A model generated the notes under the pieces. It was not told where the DNA came from, searched no databases, and saw nothing but the letters and a program-made list of their open reading frames with translations. From Anthoceros angustus (lineage: Eukaryota; Plantae; Anthocerotophyta), in the NCBI GenBank assembly GCA_010909165.1, contig MU008184.1, positions 248,001-312,000 on the forward strand: a stretch of 64,000 nt of DNA, read 5' to 3'. Below are positions 14,420 to 26,319 of this stretch, piece by piece (within the stretch, counting starts at the first letter, position 1; every line of letters starts with the position of its first letter). The position numbers were made by a program, and so were the translations under genes.

Positions 14420-15355
14420 GGAAATCCAAGGGCTTCAGCAGCACTTGGAGAAGGCCAAAGGAACTCACCCAGCGCAAATCCACGAAATTGATATCAGCTG
14501 TCTGCTATATGTGGACGATCTAGTATTGCTAGCTACAAAGAAAATAGGAATGAGAAGACTACTGAACGTTCTTCAAGATTTATGTGAAGCAAAATGTTTG
14601 AAGGTAAATATAACCAAGATAAAGACTATGTCCTTCAATGCTAAGCTAAAAGGATGGATACCACAGAAGTATGGCAATTGATCTAGAAGCAGGTGCATCC
14701 TACAGATATCTAGGGATCAATATTCACACAGCTAAGCTTCTACGAGTCAACAGAGTGGAACTCAAGCAGAAGGCAATGGGACGGCTCGCAGCCCTAAGGA
14801 ACGAGCTGAGGGCCAGGAGCGTCAACATCACAAAATGGTGCACAATAGTGTTCAAGGCATGTATTGGGTCGATCATGCTGTCCGCTGTGGAAGTGTGGGG
14901 TCCAGGATTGCACAGAAAAGCACTGGAGAGAAATCGACAATGTGCAAATGGACTTCCTAAGGTGGCACCTGGGTGTCCGCAACCAAACATGTCGAGCAAA
15001 CTTACTGGTTGAAGTCGGAGCATTCCCCCTAGAAATTCAAGCCCTGCAACAAACATTGAAATTCAGAAGTCGGATCATAAAGATGGAAGAAACAAGACTA
15101 CCGAGAATTGCATTGGGACTATCCAGGGAGGCCTAACCAGAGGCAAAGGATGGTTTAAGAACATGAGAGAATGGTTGTCGAGATGGGATCTGCCCACCGA
15201 CTTGACAGCAGAGATTTCAAAGGAAGACATACAGAATGCTTATTTGAAGAGGGTGTGGTCACCCACAGCAGCAACAACGGACATGAGACACTATGCGAGT
15301 TGCGTCCATAGCCGGGACGTCTATACCATACAGGAATATCTTGGGAAGATTTCAG
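14420..15355 (+). mobile_element. 5'-truncated, frameshifted non-LTR (LINE) ORF2 fragment: RT C-terminal half and thumb
   Basis: CLLYVDDLVLLA, LKVNITKIKTM, YRYLGI, VEVWG, LLVEVGAFPL, MEETRLPRIAL across three frames. Confidence 0.85.
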
Positions 15356-18300
15356 ATATATTCTTGTTTACATTCAGTGTGTGAGTTCATTATAGCGTTA
15401 AGCGTTCATGCTAGTTCTTGTGTCTGTGCAGGGTGCTATGTGAAGAGGTGCGTCGGTTTGTGTGAGTGGTTGATGTCTCTTGGGTGTAGAGTTGTTAGTG
15501 ACAGTTCAGCTGTGGTCTTGGACTGTCACTTCATTACTCCCGCTCACCTCTAGCATCCATCCTTGTACTTGATGTGGGATCTGATGGGGTCCTTATGTTC
15601 ACAAGGCCTTAGGCTGAGGTGAGTGTTTCATGCCTGGCTTTGCCTAGCGGCTTTGTGAGGAGGTCAGCTAGATTAGACTCTGTAGGAACGTATAGGAGCT
15701 TGACGGTGCTTCTAGCTGCAAGCTGCCTAATGAAGTGGTAAGCGACTTCTATATGCTTTGTCCTAGCATGGAATCTGTCACCCTTGATTAAAGCAATGGC
15801 TGCAATGTTGTCACAGTGCAGAACGGTAGGGTTAGCTTGTGGGTAGCCAAGGTCTTCAAGGATCTGCCTGCAGTGCACGATTTCTTTTCCAGCCTTGGAT
15901 AAGGCACCATTTTCATTTTCAGCACTTGATGTGGAAATCGTGGCAAGCTTCTTGCTTGACCATGATATGGCTGATCCTCCCAAGGTGAAGACATAGGCTG
16001 CAACACTTCGACGAGCATCGGGGTCAGATGCCCAATTGGCATCAGACCAGCCCTCGAAGTTAAGCACTCCGTTACTTGACCTCTTGTAGGTTATTCCAAG
16101 GTGAGTCGTACCCTTCAGATAACGGTAGATTTGCTTCACACACATCCAGTGTGCCCTCCTAGGATTAGACATGAACTGTGCTACGCTAGATGCAGCATAA
16201 GAGATGTCATAACGTGTCCAGTTGTGAAGGTAGATGAGGCTGCCAACAGCGCTGAGGTATGGCACCTTAGCCATGTCCTCCTTTTCTACCTCAGTTGTGG
16301 GGCAATCGGCTGAGGTGAGCTTGACTCCGGCTGGAAGTGGTGTCGGTGCAGGCCGAGCGTCTGAGAGCTTGAACTTGTCTAAAATCTCAAGAACATACTT
16401 GGACTGCAGGAGAGTCAGCGTACCTGCCTCTCTGTCTCGACGGATTTGTACTCCGAGACAGTACTTCAGGGGTCCTAGGTCTCTCATCTTGAACCTGGCA
16501 GCGAGCATTTTCTTCACATCAACAAGCATCTTCTTTGGATCATTTGTGAACAAGATGCAGTCGTCAACGTATAGGGCAAGCACAAGGAATTGCTCTCCCT
16601 TTCGCAGCAGATATAAGTTCTGGTCAGCAAGAGTCTTGACAAAGCCATTGTCGAGAAGAAGGGTGTCAGTTAGCTCATAAAATTCTACTGGTGATTGCTT
16701 GAGGCCGTACAGGCCCTTGAGCAACTTGCATACCCATGAGGGCCTTTTAGCATCTTCAGACATAGGTGGCTGCTCCATGTAGATTGTCTCCTTCAGTGTA
16801 GCGTAGAGGAATGTTGTAGAGATGTCAAGCTGATGTACGTCGAGATCGTACTCGGCAGCAAGTGTCAATTAGGAGGAACCTAATTGACTGGGCAGTCACC
16901 ACAGGTGCATAGATGTTGTCCCCATAGTCAAGCCCGGGCCTCTGACTGTAGCCTTTAGCCACGAGCCTTGCCTTAATCCTTTCTGTAGTTCCGTCGAACT
17001 TCACCTTTCGTTTGAAGGTCCATTTGCAATTGATGGCCTTGCGACCGGGAGGTAGTGGGGTGAGCACCCATGTCTTCAATTCAATGAGAGAATCTTATTC
17101 CTGTTGAATTGTCTTCATCCATCCTTCCTTGTCAAGTGATCTCAGTGCTTCTTCTAAGCTTGCTGGCTCAAACACATGAGTTGCGGCCAGCATTGCTCTT
17201 GCCATGAGATTGTTTGGGGCGTCCATCTCAGTACTTGTCTCTGCAGGCAGATTTTCAATTTCAGGAACGTCAGGAGCAACATCTGCGATAATGGGCTGCT
17301 GTGGAGCAGGTCCTGGGACATGGTAAGCGTCCAGATAGGCAGGGCGCCGACGAGCTTTGGTAGATTGGCGTCTCTCCGGAATGATGGTTGCAGCTGGTGG
17401 AGCTTGTGCTGCAGCTGGATTTGGAGCTTGGGCGTCCTGGTCTCCTCCTGCATGGACGACCTGAGGGAGCAATGGACCAACTTGAGCAAGAGGTTGGTGC
17501 ACAGGAGGCTGTGCTGCCGGCAGGGGTGAGACAGGTTGGAGTGAGACAACATGGCCCTAGCCATCTCCTGCAGTCTTCGGTTGCAGTTCTCCACAACGCC
17601 GTTTTGCGCGTGAGCATAAGGGACAGTCACTTGTCGGGTGATTTCTCTTTCAGAGAGATAGGAATTAAATTCACCAGACATAAACTCACCTCCTCCATCC
17701 GAGCGTACACATTTAAGCTTGCAGCTGGTTTGAAGTTCAGCCATCGCATGGAATTCCCTGAACTTGTCAAAGGCCTCACTCTTGAGGTGGAGGAAGTAAG
17801 TGTGAATCATACATGACTTATCATCAACGATAGGCATAAAGTAGGATGCTCCTCCAAACGAATGTGTTGACATAGGCCCGCAAAGGTCGATGTGCACGAC
17901 CGTAACTGTTTCTACACCTACAGACCACTCCATGAAGGAGGGCTGATCTATGTTGCAGACAACAAAACCGCAAATGTGCTTGGCACCAGCACAGTTACAC
18001 TAACGTGCAAGACCGGTGGCACCATAACTTTGACAGACGTGCTCTACGTACCCAAGGTAGGAAAGAACCTTGTTTCAGTTAGCAGTCTGACAGATGACAA
18101 GCAACACGAGGTACACTTCAAGGCCCAGAAGTGTGAGATCTGCTTGTATGACAAGCCCCTGGCGATTATCTGCTGCGGAGAGAAAGAGGATCGACTCTAC
18201 ACTCTCGAAGCAACTATAACCCTTGGATCAGCCCAATTGGCTCGGACTTCAAACAAAGCAGAAGTAACGAAGCTATGGCACCTGCGCTTGGGCCATCCCA

Positions 18301-19120
18301 GTTTGAAGCGTATGAAGGAGATGCATGCAGGCCAACTATATGCAGAACCCCTTCCCGAGTTTAGTGACTCCCTCTCCTGTGAAGGCTGTCTGCCGCTATC
18401 TAAGTACCATGAGGAGCAGCTGCCATTGCCAGGTGAGAGAGCAGTGATGAGGATTGTCGGTGCTCTCTGTACAACGTGAGTGCTTTGGGGACCGGGCCTT
18501 CTTGGTTCACCCGCTTGTTTGCTTCGGCACTCTCGCTCATAATGCCCTAATTTCTAGCACCAGTTGCAGCTCCCTTTTCGACGGGGATTAGCAGAGCCTG
18601 GAGAAGAAGAGCTTTCTCCTCCCTTCCTACTTTGCCAGTTTCTGTTTCTTGTCTGTCTTTGCCCATTAGGCCTTGAGGTGAACAAAGCATGTCCAGGCGC
18701 TGCACTTCTAGAGGGTCCCCTGGCAGAGTCCTCCTCGATGACGGCCACTATGACCCCTGAGAGGGTCATCACGTCTCCAAGATTTAGTTTCTTTGCTTGT
18801 TGTGACTGCTTGATGAGGCCGTTTTGTGTGGCTGTGAAGGTACGCCAGCTTTGTGGTAGGGTCATGAGGAGGGCTATGGCCACCTCAGGCTCTGAGAGAT
18901 TTGTGCCACAAGAAGCCAGTCTTGCTCTTAGGGTTCGGAAGGTGCTCAGATGTGTGTGGATGCTGTCCCCATCCTTATATTTAAGGAGGTGAAAGTTCCT
19001 TGTCACTGTAGCAACGTACTGCGGGTCGATTGCTTCATACATCTGGCGGAAGCGCTCCCAGATAGTGTGGGATGTGGATGCACCAACAGGAAGTCCCTGC
19101 GGAGAAGCAATATCCCCCTC
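15356..19120 (-). mobile_element. Degenerate Ty1/copia LTR retrotransposon (partial gag, PR, GAG-pre-integrase, IN, RT, RNase H, PPT and probable 3' LTR part) with internal inversion 17892-18391; 5' end missing
   Basis: gag 19100-18520 with CNWC*KLGHYEREC knuckle; WYLDSG at 18409-18392; IN VHIDLCGPM..VRSDGGGEF..QNGVVE; RT KARLVAKGYSQRPGLDY, HQLDISTTFL, LYGLKQ, LYVDD; RH WSDANWA..ADLLTKPL (stop 15609). PPT-like GAGGTGAGCGGGAG at ~15550-15537. Confidence 0.93.
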
Positions 19121-19272
19121 TGGATAACGAAGAGGGGGCAAAACACCTGTGGGGGACCAAACTCTGCAGTCTCGATAACGAAGAGGGGGCAAAACATCTG
19201 TGGGGGACCAAACTCTGCAGTCTGGATAACGAAGAGGGGGCAAAACATCTATGGGGGACCAAACTCTGCAGT
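19121..19272. repeat. 51-bp tandem repeat x3
   Basis: ATAACGAAGAGGGGGCAAAACA at 19124, 19175, 19226. Confidence 0.92.
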
Positions 19273-19380
19273 TTAAGATCTTAATTTCCAGGCCCAAGTG
19301 AGAGAGTTATGAGTAGAAGAGTTCAAAAGCCAACTTAACCTTGTCTCCTGGCCCAAGGATGTGGGTATCGTCAGCCATTG

Positions 19381-19525
19381 ACGGATACAGGCATTCCCAA
19401 ATCGAAAGAGGTAATTAAGCGGATACAAGCATTCCCAAATCGAAGAGGCAATTAAGCGGATACAAGCATTCCCAAACCGAAGAGGCAATTAAGCAGATAC
19501 AAACATTCCCAAACCGAAGAGGCAG
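19381..19525. repeat. ~37-bp tandem repeat x4 (CGGATACAAGCATTCCCAAATCGAAGAGGCAATTAAG)
   Basis: Four consecutive units are visible. Confidence 0.9.
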
Positions 19526-19810
19526 TAAAGGACAGAGCCTTGAAGTGCGTCAAGGCCATGAGGGCACCCCCCATAGACATACCGCATCCTCATTCGCGTG
19601 TTTGCCCCTTTTTCTCAACGTGCAATCTTATCCATAAAAGTCTCACTTGGGAGCGCGGGACCTTTCCCTACATAAAAGTTTATAAGATAAAGATTATACA
19701 CACATGTATTATACTCGTTAGGATAACCGAGTTGGTCCAAATACTTCTCTTGAAATTGGCGAATCTGACTAAAACTATCATAGTCTACAACTTTTTTAAA
19801 GAGATGTAAT

Positions 19811-20759
19811 TAATAATAATAATAATAATAATATGAAATAATAATATATTTTTCACATCGCACTCAACTAGCTATATGTAACAATGAACCCATCATCCAC
19901 CACTCATTTCTAGAGGATGGCCTCCATAACCTTTATAATTGCAATATTCATAGTTAGACTAGGTCTCCTGTACGAGATCTTTCCACAAAACAGAAGCCTT
20001 CATCCACTAACATTGTGAGATCTCTCCACGAAACGGAAGCCTTCATCAACTTAATAGCATTGTACGAGATCTCTCCACAAAAGAGAAGCCTTCATCAACT
20101 TACTAGCATTATGCGAGATCTCTCCACAAAGAGAAGCCTTCATCAACTTACTAGCATTGTCTGAGATCTCTCCCCAAAGCAGAGGGCCTTCATCAACTTA
20201 CTAGCATTGTACCAAGCGTCTCCCCAAAGCGAAGCCTTCATCAACTTACTAGCATTGTACGAGATCTCTCCCCAAAGCAGGGCCTTCATCAACTTACTAG
20301 CATTGTATCAAACGTCTCCCCAAAACAGAAGCCTTCATCAACTTACTAGCATTGTACCAGATCTCTCCACAAAACAGAAGCCTTCATCAACTTACTACCA
20401 TCGTCCTACCGAGAAGCGCCCTCAGGCACTTGGATATTCTTACCTTTTCAGCGAGCTTATGTTGTTGTGAGGGCCTTGGGGGTCTATAAAGTATATGGAA
20501 TGTAAATACCCGATTGATTCACTAAAAGAGAGAACGATTCCTACTACAATTCAAATGGGGTGCTAAAGGTTTTGTATTCATACTTGTAACATATTTTCCT
20601 CCTTTACTAAATTTAAATTTAGTAAATTAAAATTAACATTGATGTATAACTAAAATATAATCAATTTATTAATTAGTCAATATATGTAAGAGCTTGTGAG
20701 TTTTATTTGGGAACTCTATTCAGCAGTTGCTCAGCAGTGGATTCAGGGTTTATTTTTCA

Positions 20760-20799
<40 letters not shown>

Positions 20800-21751
20800 A
20801 ATAATAATAATAATAATATGAAATAATAATATATTTTTTTCACATCAGCTTGCTCAACTAGCTATATGCTTAACAATGAACCCATCATCCACCACTCATT
20901 TCTAGAGGATGGCCTCCATAACCTTTATAATTGCAATATTCATAGTTAGACTAGGTCTCCTGTACGAGATCTTTCCACAAAACAGAAGCCTTCATCCACT
21001 AACTAGCATTGTATGAGATCTCTCCACGAAACGGAAGCCTTCATCAACTTAATAGCATTGTACGAGATCTCTCCACAAAAGAGAAGCCTTCATCAACTTA
21101 CTAGCATTGTACGAGATCTCTCCACAAAAGAGAAGCCTTCATCAACTTACTAGCATTGTACGAGATCTCTCCCCAAAACAGGAGCCTTCATCAACTTACT
21201 AGCATTGTACCAAACGTCTCCCCAAAACAGAAGCCTTCATCAACTTACTAGCATTGTACGAGATCTCTCCCCAAAACAGGAGCCTTCATCAACTTACTAG
21301 CATTGTATCAAACGTCTCCCCAAAACAGAAGCCTTCATCAACTTACTAGCATTGTACCAGATCTCTCCACAAAACAGAAGCCTTCATCAACTTACTACCA
21401 TCGTCCAGAAGCGTGCACTTGGATATTCTTACCTTTTCAGCGAGCTTATGTTGTTGTGAGGGCCTTGGGGGTCTATAAAGTATATGGAATGTAAATACCC
21501 GATTGATTCACTAAAAGAGAGAACGATTCCTACTACAATTCAAATGGGGTGCTAAAGGTTTTGTATTCATACTTGTAACATATTTTCCTCCTTTACTAAA
21601 TTTAAATTTAGTAAATTAAAATTAACATTGATGTATAACTAAAATATAATCAATTTATTAATTAGTCAATATATGTAAGAGCTTGTGAGTTTTATTTGGG
21701 AACTCTATTCAACAGGGTTGCTCAACGGTGGATTCAGGGTTTATTTTTTCA

Positions 21752-21793
<42 letters not shown>
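19811..21793. repeat. Two head-to-tail copies (19811-20796, 20797-21793) of a ~1-kb non-coding element with (TAA)n-ATGAAA inverted ends and an internal 49-bp minisatellite (~9 units)
   Basis: Both copies start (TAA)nTATGAAATAATAA and end TTATTTTTCATA(TTA)n. Internal unit CCTTCATCAACTTACTAGCATTGTACGAGATCTCTCCACAAAAGAGAAG. Confidence 0.9.
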
Positions 21794-21794
<1 letters not shown>

Positions 21795-23029
21795 ATAATA
21801 TATAATAATTATATTTCTTTCAAAAATATTAATATATAATGATTAATAGTTCAATATAAAAACAAATTTCATATTTATATAGTATAATAAACAAGATACT
21901 TAATTGTGGTATAAACCATATAATAATCAGTGCCATACAGTGTGGTTACACACTGGTTACGCGAAAACAGGGGACTGTCATGACACTATATCCTTAAACA
22001 CTTACAAGTACAGTGACACTAAAAATTTCAGGTCATAGCAGCCTACGACAGTGTAAACCTCGAAGCCTACTTCAGGCTCCTCTCCTGTTGTAAGTGGGCT
22101 CCATGGTGGCCACTAAGAGCGGGGCAACATATTGAAACTTGAATTAGCAAATTCAGTCGACACAGAGGCAGGTGTTCCGTCTCGAGATCCGGGTTGGTTT
22201 TGGACCTTGGTCCGCTGCCAAACCTTTTAGGGGTGGCTGCTGAGTACTGGAGTGGGGTTTTTAGGTCTAAGCGGGAATTACAATCAATGCCCTGTGCACT
22301 GCACAGCCCACGCTGCCGTCGAATTTAATTTGTGCCGCCGAAAGGACATCGGCTGGCCTTCACTTCAGTGCCTGCTCTCTGATCTTTAAATGGTTTACAT
22401 ATGTACATGATACGATTAGGCCATCCTGTACGGCCGTCATTCTTGGCCTCCTTCTCTTTGCCTTCCCGCCTCTGGCGCATTCAATACTTCACGGCCGCCG
22501 CTGCCCGCTGGATTCCACCACATGCCCAATCCGCAGTGCGCAATCTGTTCTCGCTACACGATCGGTCAGTGTGCGTTGCAGTTTTGAATTACCGAATTGA
22601 TCGGTTTGTAGCCTCTTTGGAAACCTCAATGCTGCAAGCGAGTCCCGTTGCTGTGGTTGTGTGATGTGCGCTCTGCTGATTCTCTCAAATTGGAGTTCGT
22701 CTTCGTGCTGGAGGTTGTGTGCGTGATTGTGAAATTCTTTCCTGCTTCTGTTGCCTGACGGTCTGCTCGATCTTGTCTGAGTTGTTGGCGTGGGATTCTT
22801 TTCATTGTTCGCTCTTGGTTTCGGCTTCCGATGTCTCTTCTATAGCACGCCTGATTCCTAACAGATTGTTTGGGCTCGCAATGTGTGTTTAAACCCCTTT
22901 TGTGCTGGCCAAATTTTCAGACATTGCAAGCGCCGCTCACTCTGGCCTGTCCACTGCCTGCCTCCAGAGTATCGCACCTCACTTCAACTGCACAGAAGAG
23001 ATCCTGCTGCTTGATCACCCACTGACAAC

Positions 23030-23836
23030 ATGGGGTACAGTGACGGAAATGTCAAGATTTCCGTCTCGGCATTCGTTCTTGCATTGTCCTTCTACATCAT
23101 GGCCTTCGGCTTGTCAATCGTAGCTGAGAAGAAACTCAGTTCTGTGAGCCTCCATCCCTTGGGCTTGGGGTTGCTCTGCCTGCACCTATTTCTTTCTCGC
23201 AGTATGTTTGTGCCAGCTGACCCGATAGTAAAAGGCAGCTCTGTGGTCGTTGCTGGTTGTTGGGTGCAGGCTACTGTGCAGTACGATGGAATGATGTACT
23301 TCTGCCAATACAAGGCAAACATATCCACCGGTCTCGCTGGATTTGCCTTTGTGTTTTTGGGTATGGCACATCTGGTGGTGATGGGCCTGACACGCTGCCT
23401 CTGCTGCGGAGGCTCTCTCAAGCCCGGGAAAAATCGAGTCTTCGTCGCCATAATCTTCTTTTTCTGCTGGTAATTGCACCAACTCCGGCTATCTCTTCCA
23501 CATGGCTGAGCAATAAACTGTTTGACTCACAGTGCTCTCCTCGTTCTGTCGATTGTTTGTAGGATCTGCTGCATCATAGCTGAAGCTTGCCTGCTCGCTG
23601 GCGCCAGCAGGAACGCCATGCATACAAAGGCCAAGGACCCTTACAATGCCGTGAAGTGCGAACACATTCAAAGAGGAGTTTTCTCATCCGGGGCGGCTTT
23701 CACACTCTTCAGCGCAATTCTGGGGCTCTCCTATTACCTGTTGTATGTGAACACGCTGGAGGATTTGCGCTCTACACTTCAGTCGCAGGTAAGCATGGCA
23801 GCCTATCCCCAGCCTGCCCCATATGCCGCCGCATGA
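23030..23836 (+). CDS. DUF1218 / MODIFYING WALL LIGNIN-like membrane protein, 3 exons (~23030-23143, 23270-23469, 23563-23836)
   Basis: IMAFGLSIVAE, YFCQYKANISTG, TRCLCCGG, W|ICCIIAEACLLAG, CEHIQRGVFSSGAAF. Confidence 0.85.
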
Positions 23837-24951
23837 GGCTACACAACCACGACATTCTATGTTCCATACGGCTTGCATTATGTCACAAAACATGGAGCCT
23901 TCTTCTAAGCTTTAGAGCCACCCAATGGCCATGCACTGGAACTTACAACGTCAGGCGCCGTATTTCGATTTTTTATTTTACCGAAATAGGTGGAGGGCTG
24001 AGGCCACCAGGCTTGCCGTGGCCTGCTGATCGCATGGTGATGAAAATATATTTCCTTGTCTTGTGGGTGAAGTGTGTCCCATGTGCACCATGCCTGCTGT
24101 CCGAAAGTGAAACTTCACCTATTGCTTTTTTGACACTATCAAAGCGCGTACACAGAAACACCCGAGGCTTACCTTCAAACCCAATCGTTTGACGTGCCCG
24201 TCGTCCGCTCGTTTTCTTGCACGTCTGGACTGTCCGCCTTTAACGGTGTGAGCAGTTGCTCATCAGATTTGCGGTCTCGCATCGGGTTTCTCGCCCTGTC
24301 CACCGCGGCAACTGCTTGATTGCAGCGAGCTGCAGCTGGATCCCTTGCGTGTGGCGGGGTTTGAGTGTGAGTTTTTGCGTGTGGATTTGCGTATGTAGTG
24401 CAGCTTGGTTTTAGAAAGGATCGAAGCTTGAGAGCAGATTTGAGAAGCGTTAGTCTAGGCTGGACTGTAGTTTATAACAGTTGTTCAGTGAGAAGCAAGC
24501 TGCGGCCGGCATTTGAGCCGGTTCGTTTGGACGGGGTACTTGAACCTGAGTTTCGGAGCTGCTGAGCTCCCTGGCAGCTGGGAAACAGGCCTTGAGGTAT
24601 GCTCTGGCTTATGCGGCTTTGTTGGGAGGAGACACGGGGCCCTGCATTACTTGCTCATACAGCTTCTTGCATTTGCTTGTGTTGCACATTCACCAGCTGA
24701 CAGCCCGCTGTGTGTCCAGCTGAAAATGTTTGTGAGGCTACCGTTTGGTGCTTGCTAGCGTGAAGACTTGGGATGAATGTTTGTGTTGTGCTTTGCTTCA
24801 TACACCTCCGCGTCTTGCCTGATCTCGTGAGCTCTGGATCGCTTATTTGTATCTGGATGCTACCGAGTTATTACCCAGGCAGGGTCCATGGTCATATCGT
24901 ATGTGCTTGAAGCTAAATTTCCGCTGTTTGTGGTATGCGATTGTGATAGCA

Positions 24952-25774
24952 ATGGCAGGGGGACAGCTATCATGGATAGTTATCCTGGTTGTGGTCGTGG
25001 TGGACTTGATCGCATTTGGACTTGCGATAGGTGGTGAAAAGAACAGAAGCAAGGTTTGCTTAACTCAACTTCTGTTATGCATTCTGTCGTTTCCACTTTC
25101 GTAGGGTGCATCTTTCTGGAGTATGGTATGCTAGATTTCTTTATTTGGCGCCTGAGGCGGAGACTGACCAGTGTAAAGGGTTTTTACATACTCAGGCAGA
25201 TTCCGCGGACGTTGTAACGGATGGAGATTACGTATATTGCAAATACAACAGCGATAAGGCATCAGGCTATGGAGCTGGAGCAATCGTTTTCCTTCTCATA
25301 GGCCATCTTGTGGTCACGGGTGTGACGAAATGCATTTGCTGTGGGGGTCCCTACAGAGCTGGTGCAGCTCGAGTGTTCGGCGTTATTTTCTTCGTCGTGG
25401 TGTGGTATGTGGCGACGACCATCCCTCTGACTGAAGCTTGGTTGTCTCGTCTTTAGATCAGCTTTTACTGAAACCTAGCCTTGCCCCCTTCTCCTGGTCC
25501 ATGGGGTTTTGATCTTTGCAGGATCTGTTTTGTTCTTGCCGAGCTTTTGTTGCTTGCCGCCTCAACCAAGAACTCTGTGCATACCAAAAAGGCATTCTAC
25601 AATGGAAGCGATCAGCTATACTGTAAGGAGTTGAGGAAGGGAGTTTTCAATGGCGGAGCTGCTTTCTCATTCTTGACAATGGTTAGCAGCGTGGTGTACT
25701 ACACTCTCATCACAAAGGCCAAGGATTCCATTCGGGACTTCAGAAGCAGCGGTATTGGGATGACAGAGTTGTAA
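24952..25774 (+). CDS. DUF1218 / MWL-like membrane protein, tandem paralogue, 3 exons
   Basis: DLIAFGLAIGGEKNRS, YCKYNSDKASGYG, TKCICCG, LAELLLLA, CKELRKGVFNGGAAF; same intron positions as the upstream copy. Confidence 0.88.
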
Positions 25775-26319
25775 CTAGAACCATTGCAGATTGCTTGCTG
25801 CATTCGCCTGCTTTTGATAGAAGTAGATGTTTCCACTGGACGTAATAGATGTACATGTCGAAGTAGACATAGTTGGTTTTGAACTGCACGCGTTTGTTAG
25901 TTTATTTACAGTGGATTGACGCTTTTGTTAAATCGACACTTCTATGAAATTCGCCCAGAGTCTTGTGTAGACACTCCTCCAAATGATGACTCGCTCGGGG
26001 TCTTGATATCTGATTCTTAACCTGAGACGCAAATAAAAGCTGGAGTGCCAGATTTACACTGTCAATGCTCTTACGTAGTACATGCTCTGTGAACCTACAT
26101 ATCTTACAGCCAGGACCCGTACCGATCTAGTTCCACCAAGGCTCATCATCTAAAGCTTTCGATGAATCACTATACATGGCTATTACTAGGGTGTAATGTA
26201 CAAACTAGGTTCAGGAATCATTCCGAACACCAAACCAACCGCCATTGCAGTGGGCAGAGCAAAATTGAGACGTCACTGAGCCAGCAACAGTGCCCGTGGA
26301 TGGAAAACCTCAGAACGTT

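Noticed and set aside
19970-21400. 49-bp arrays as CRISPR
   Set aside because: Units are contiguous with no unique spacers, there are no cas genes, and the context is eukaryotic.
25983-26025. Possible C/D box snoRNA (ATGATGA...CTGA)
   Set aside because: Only ~43 nt between boxes, no terminal stem, and no recognisable guide.
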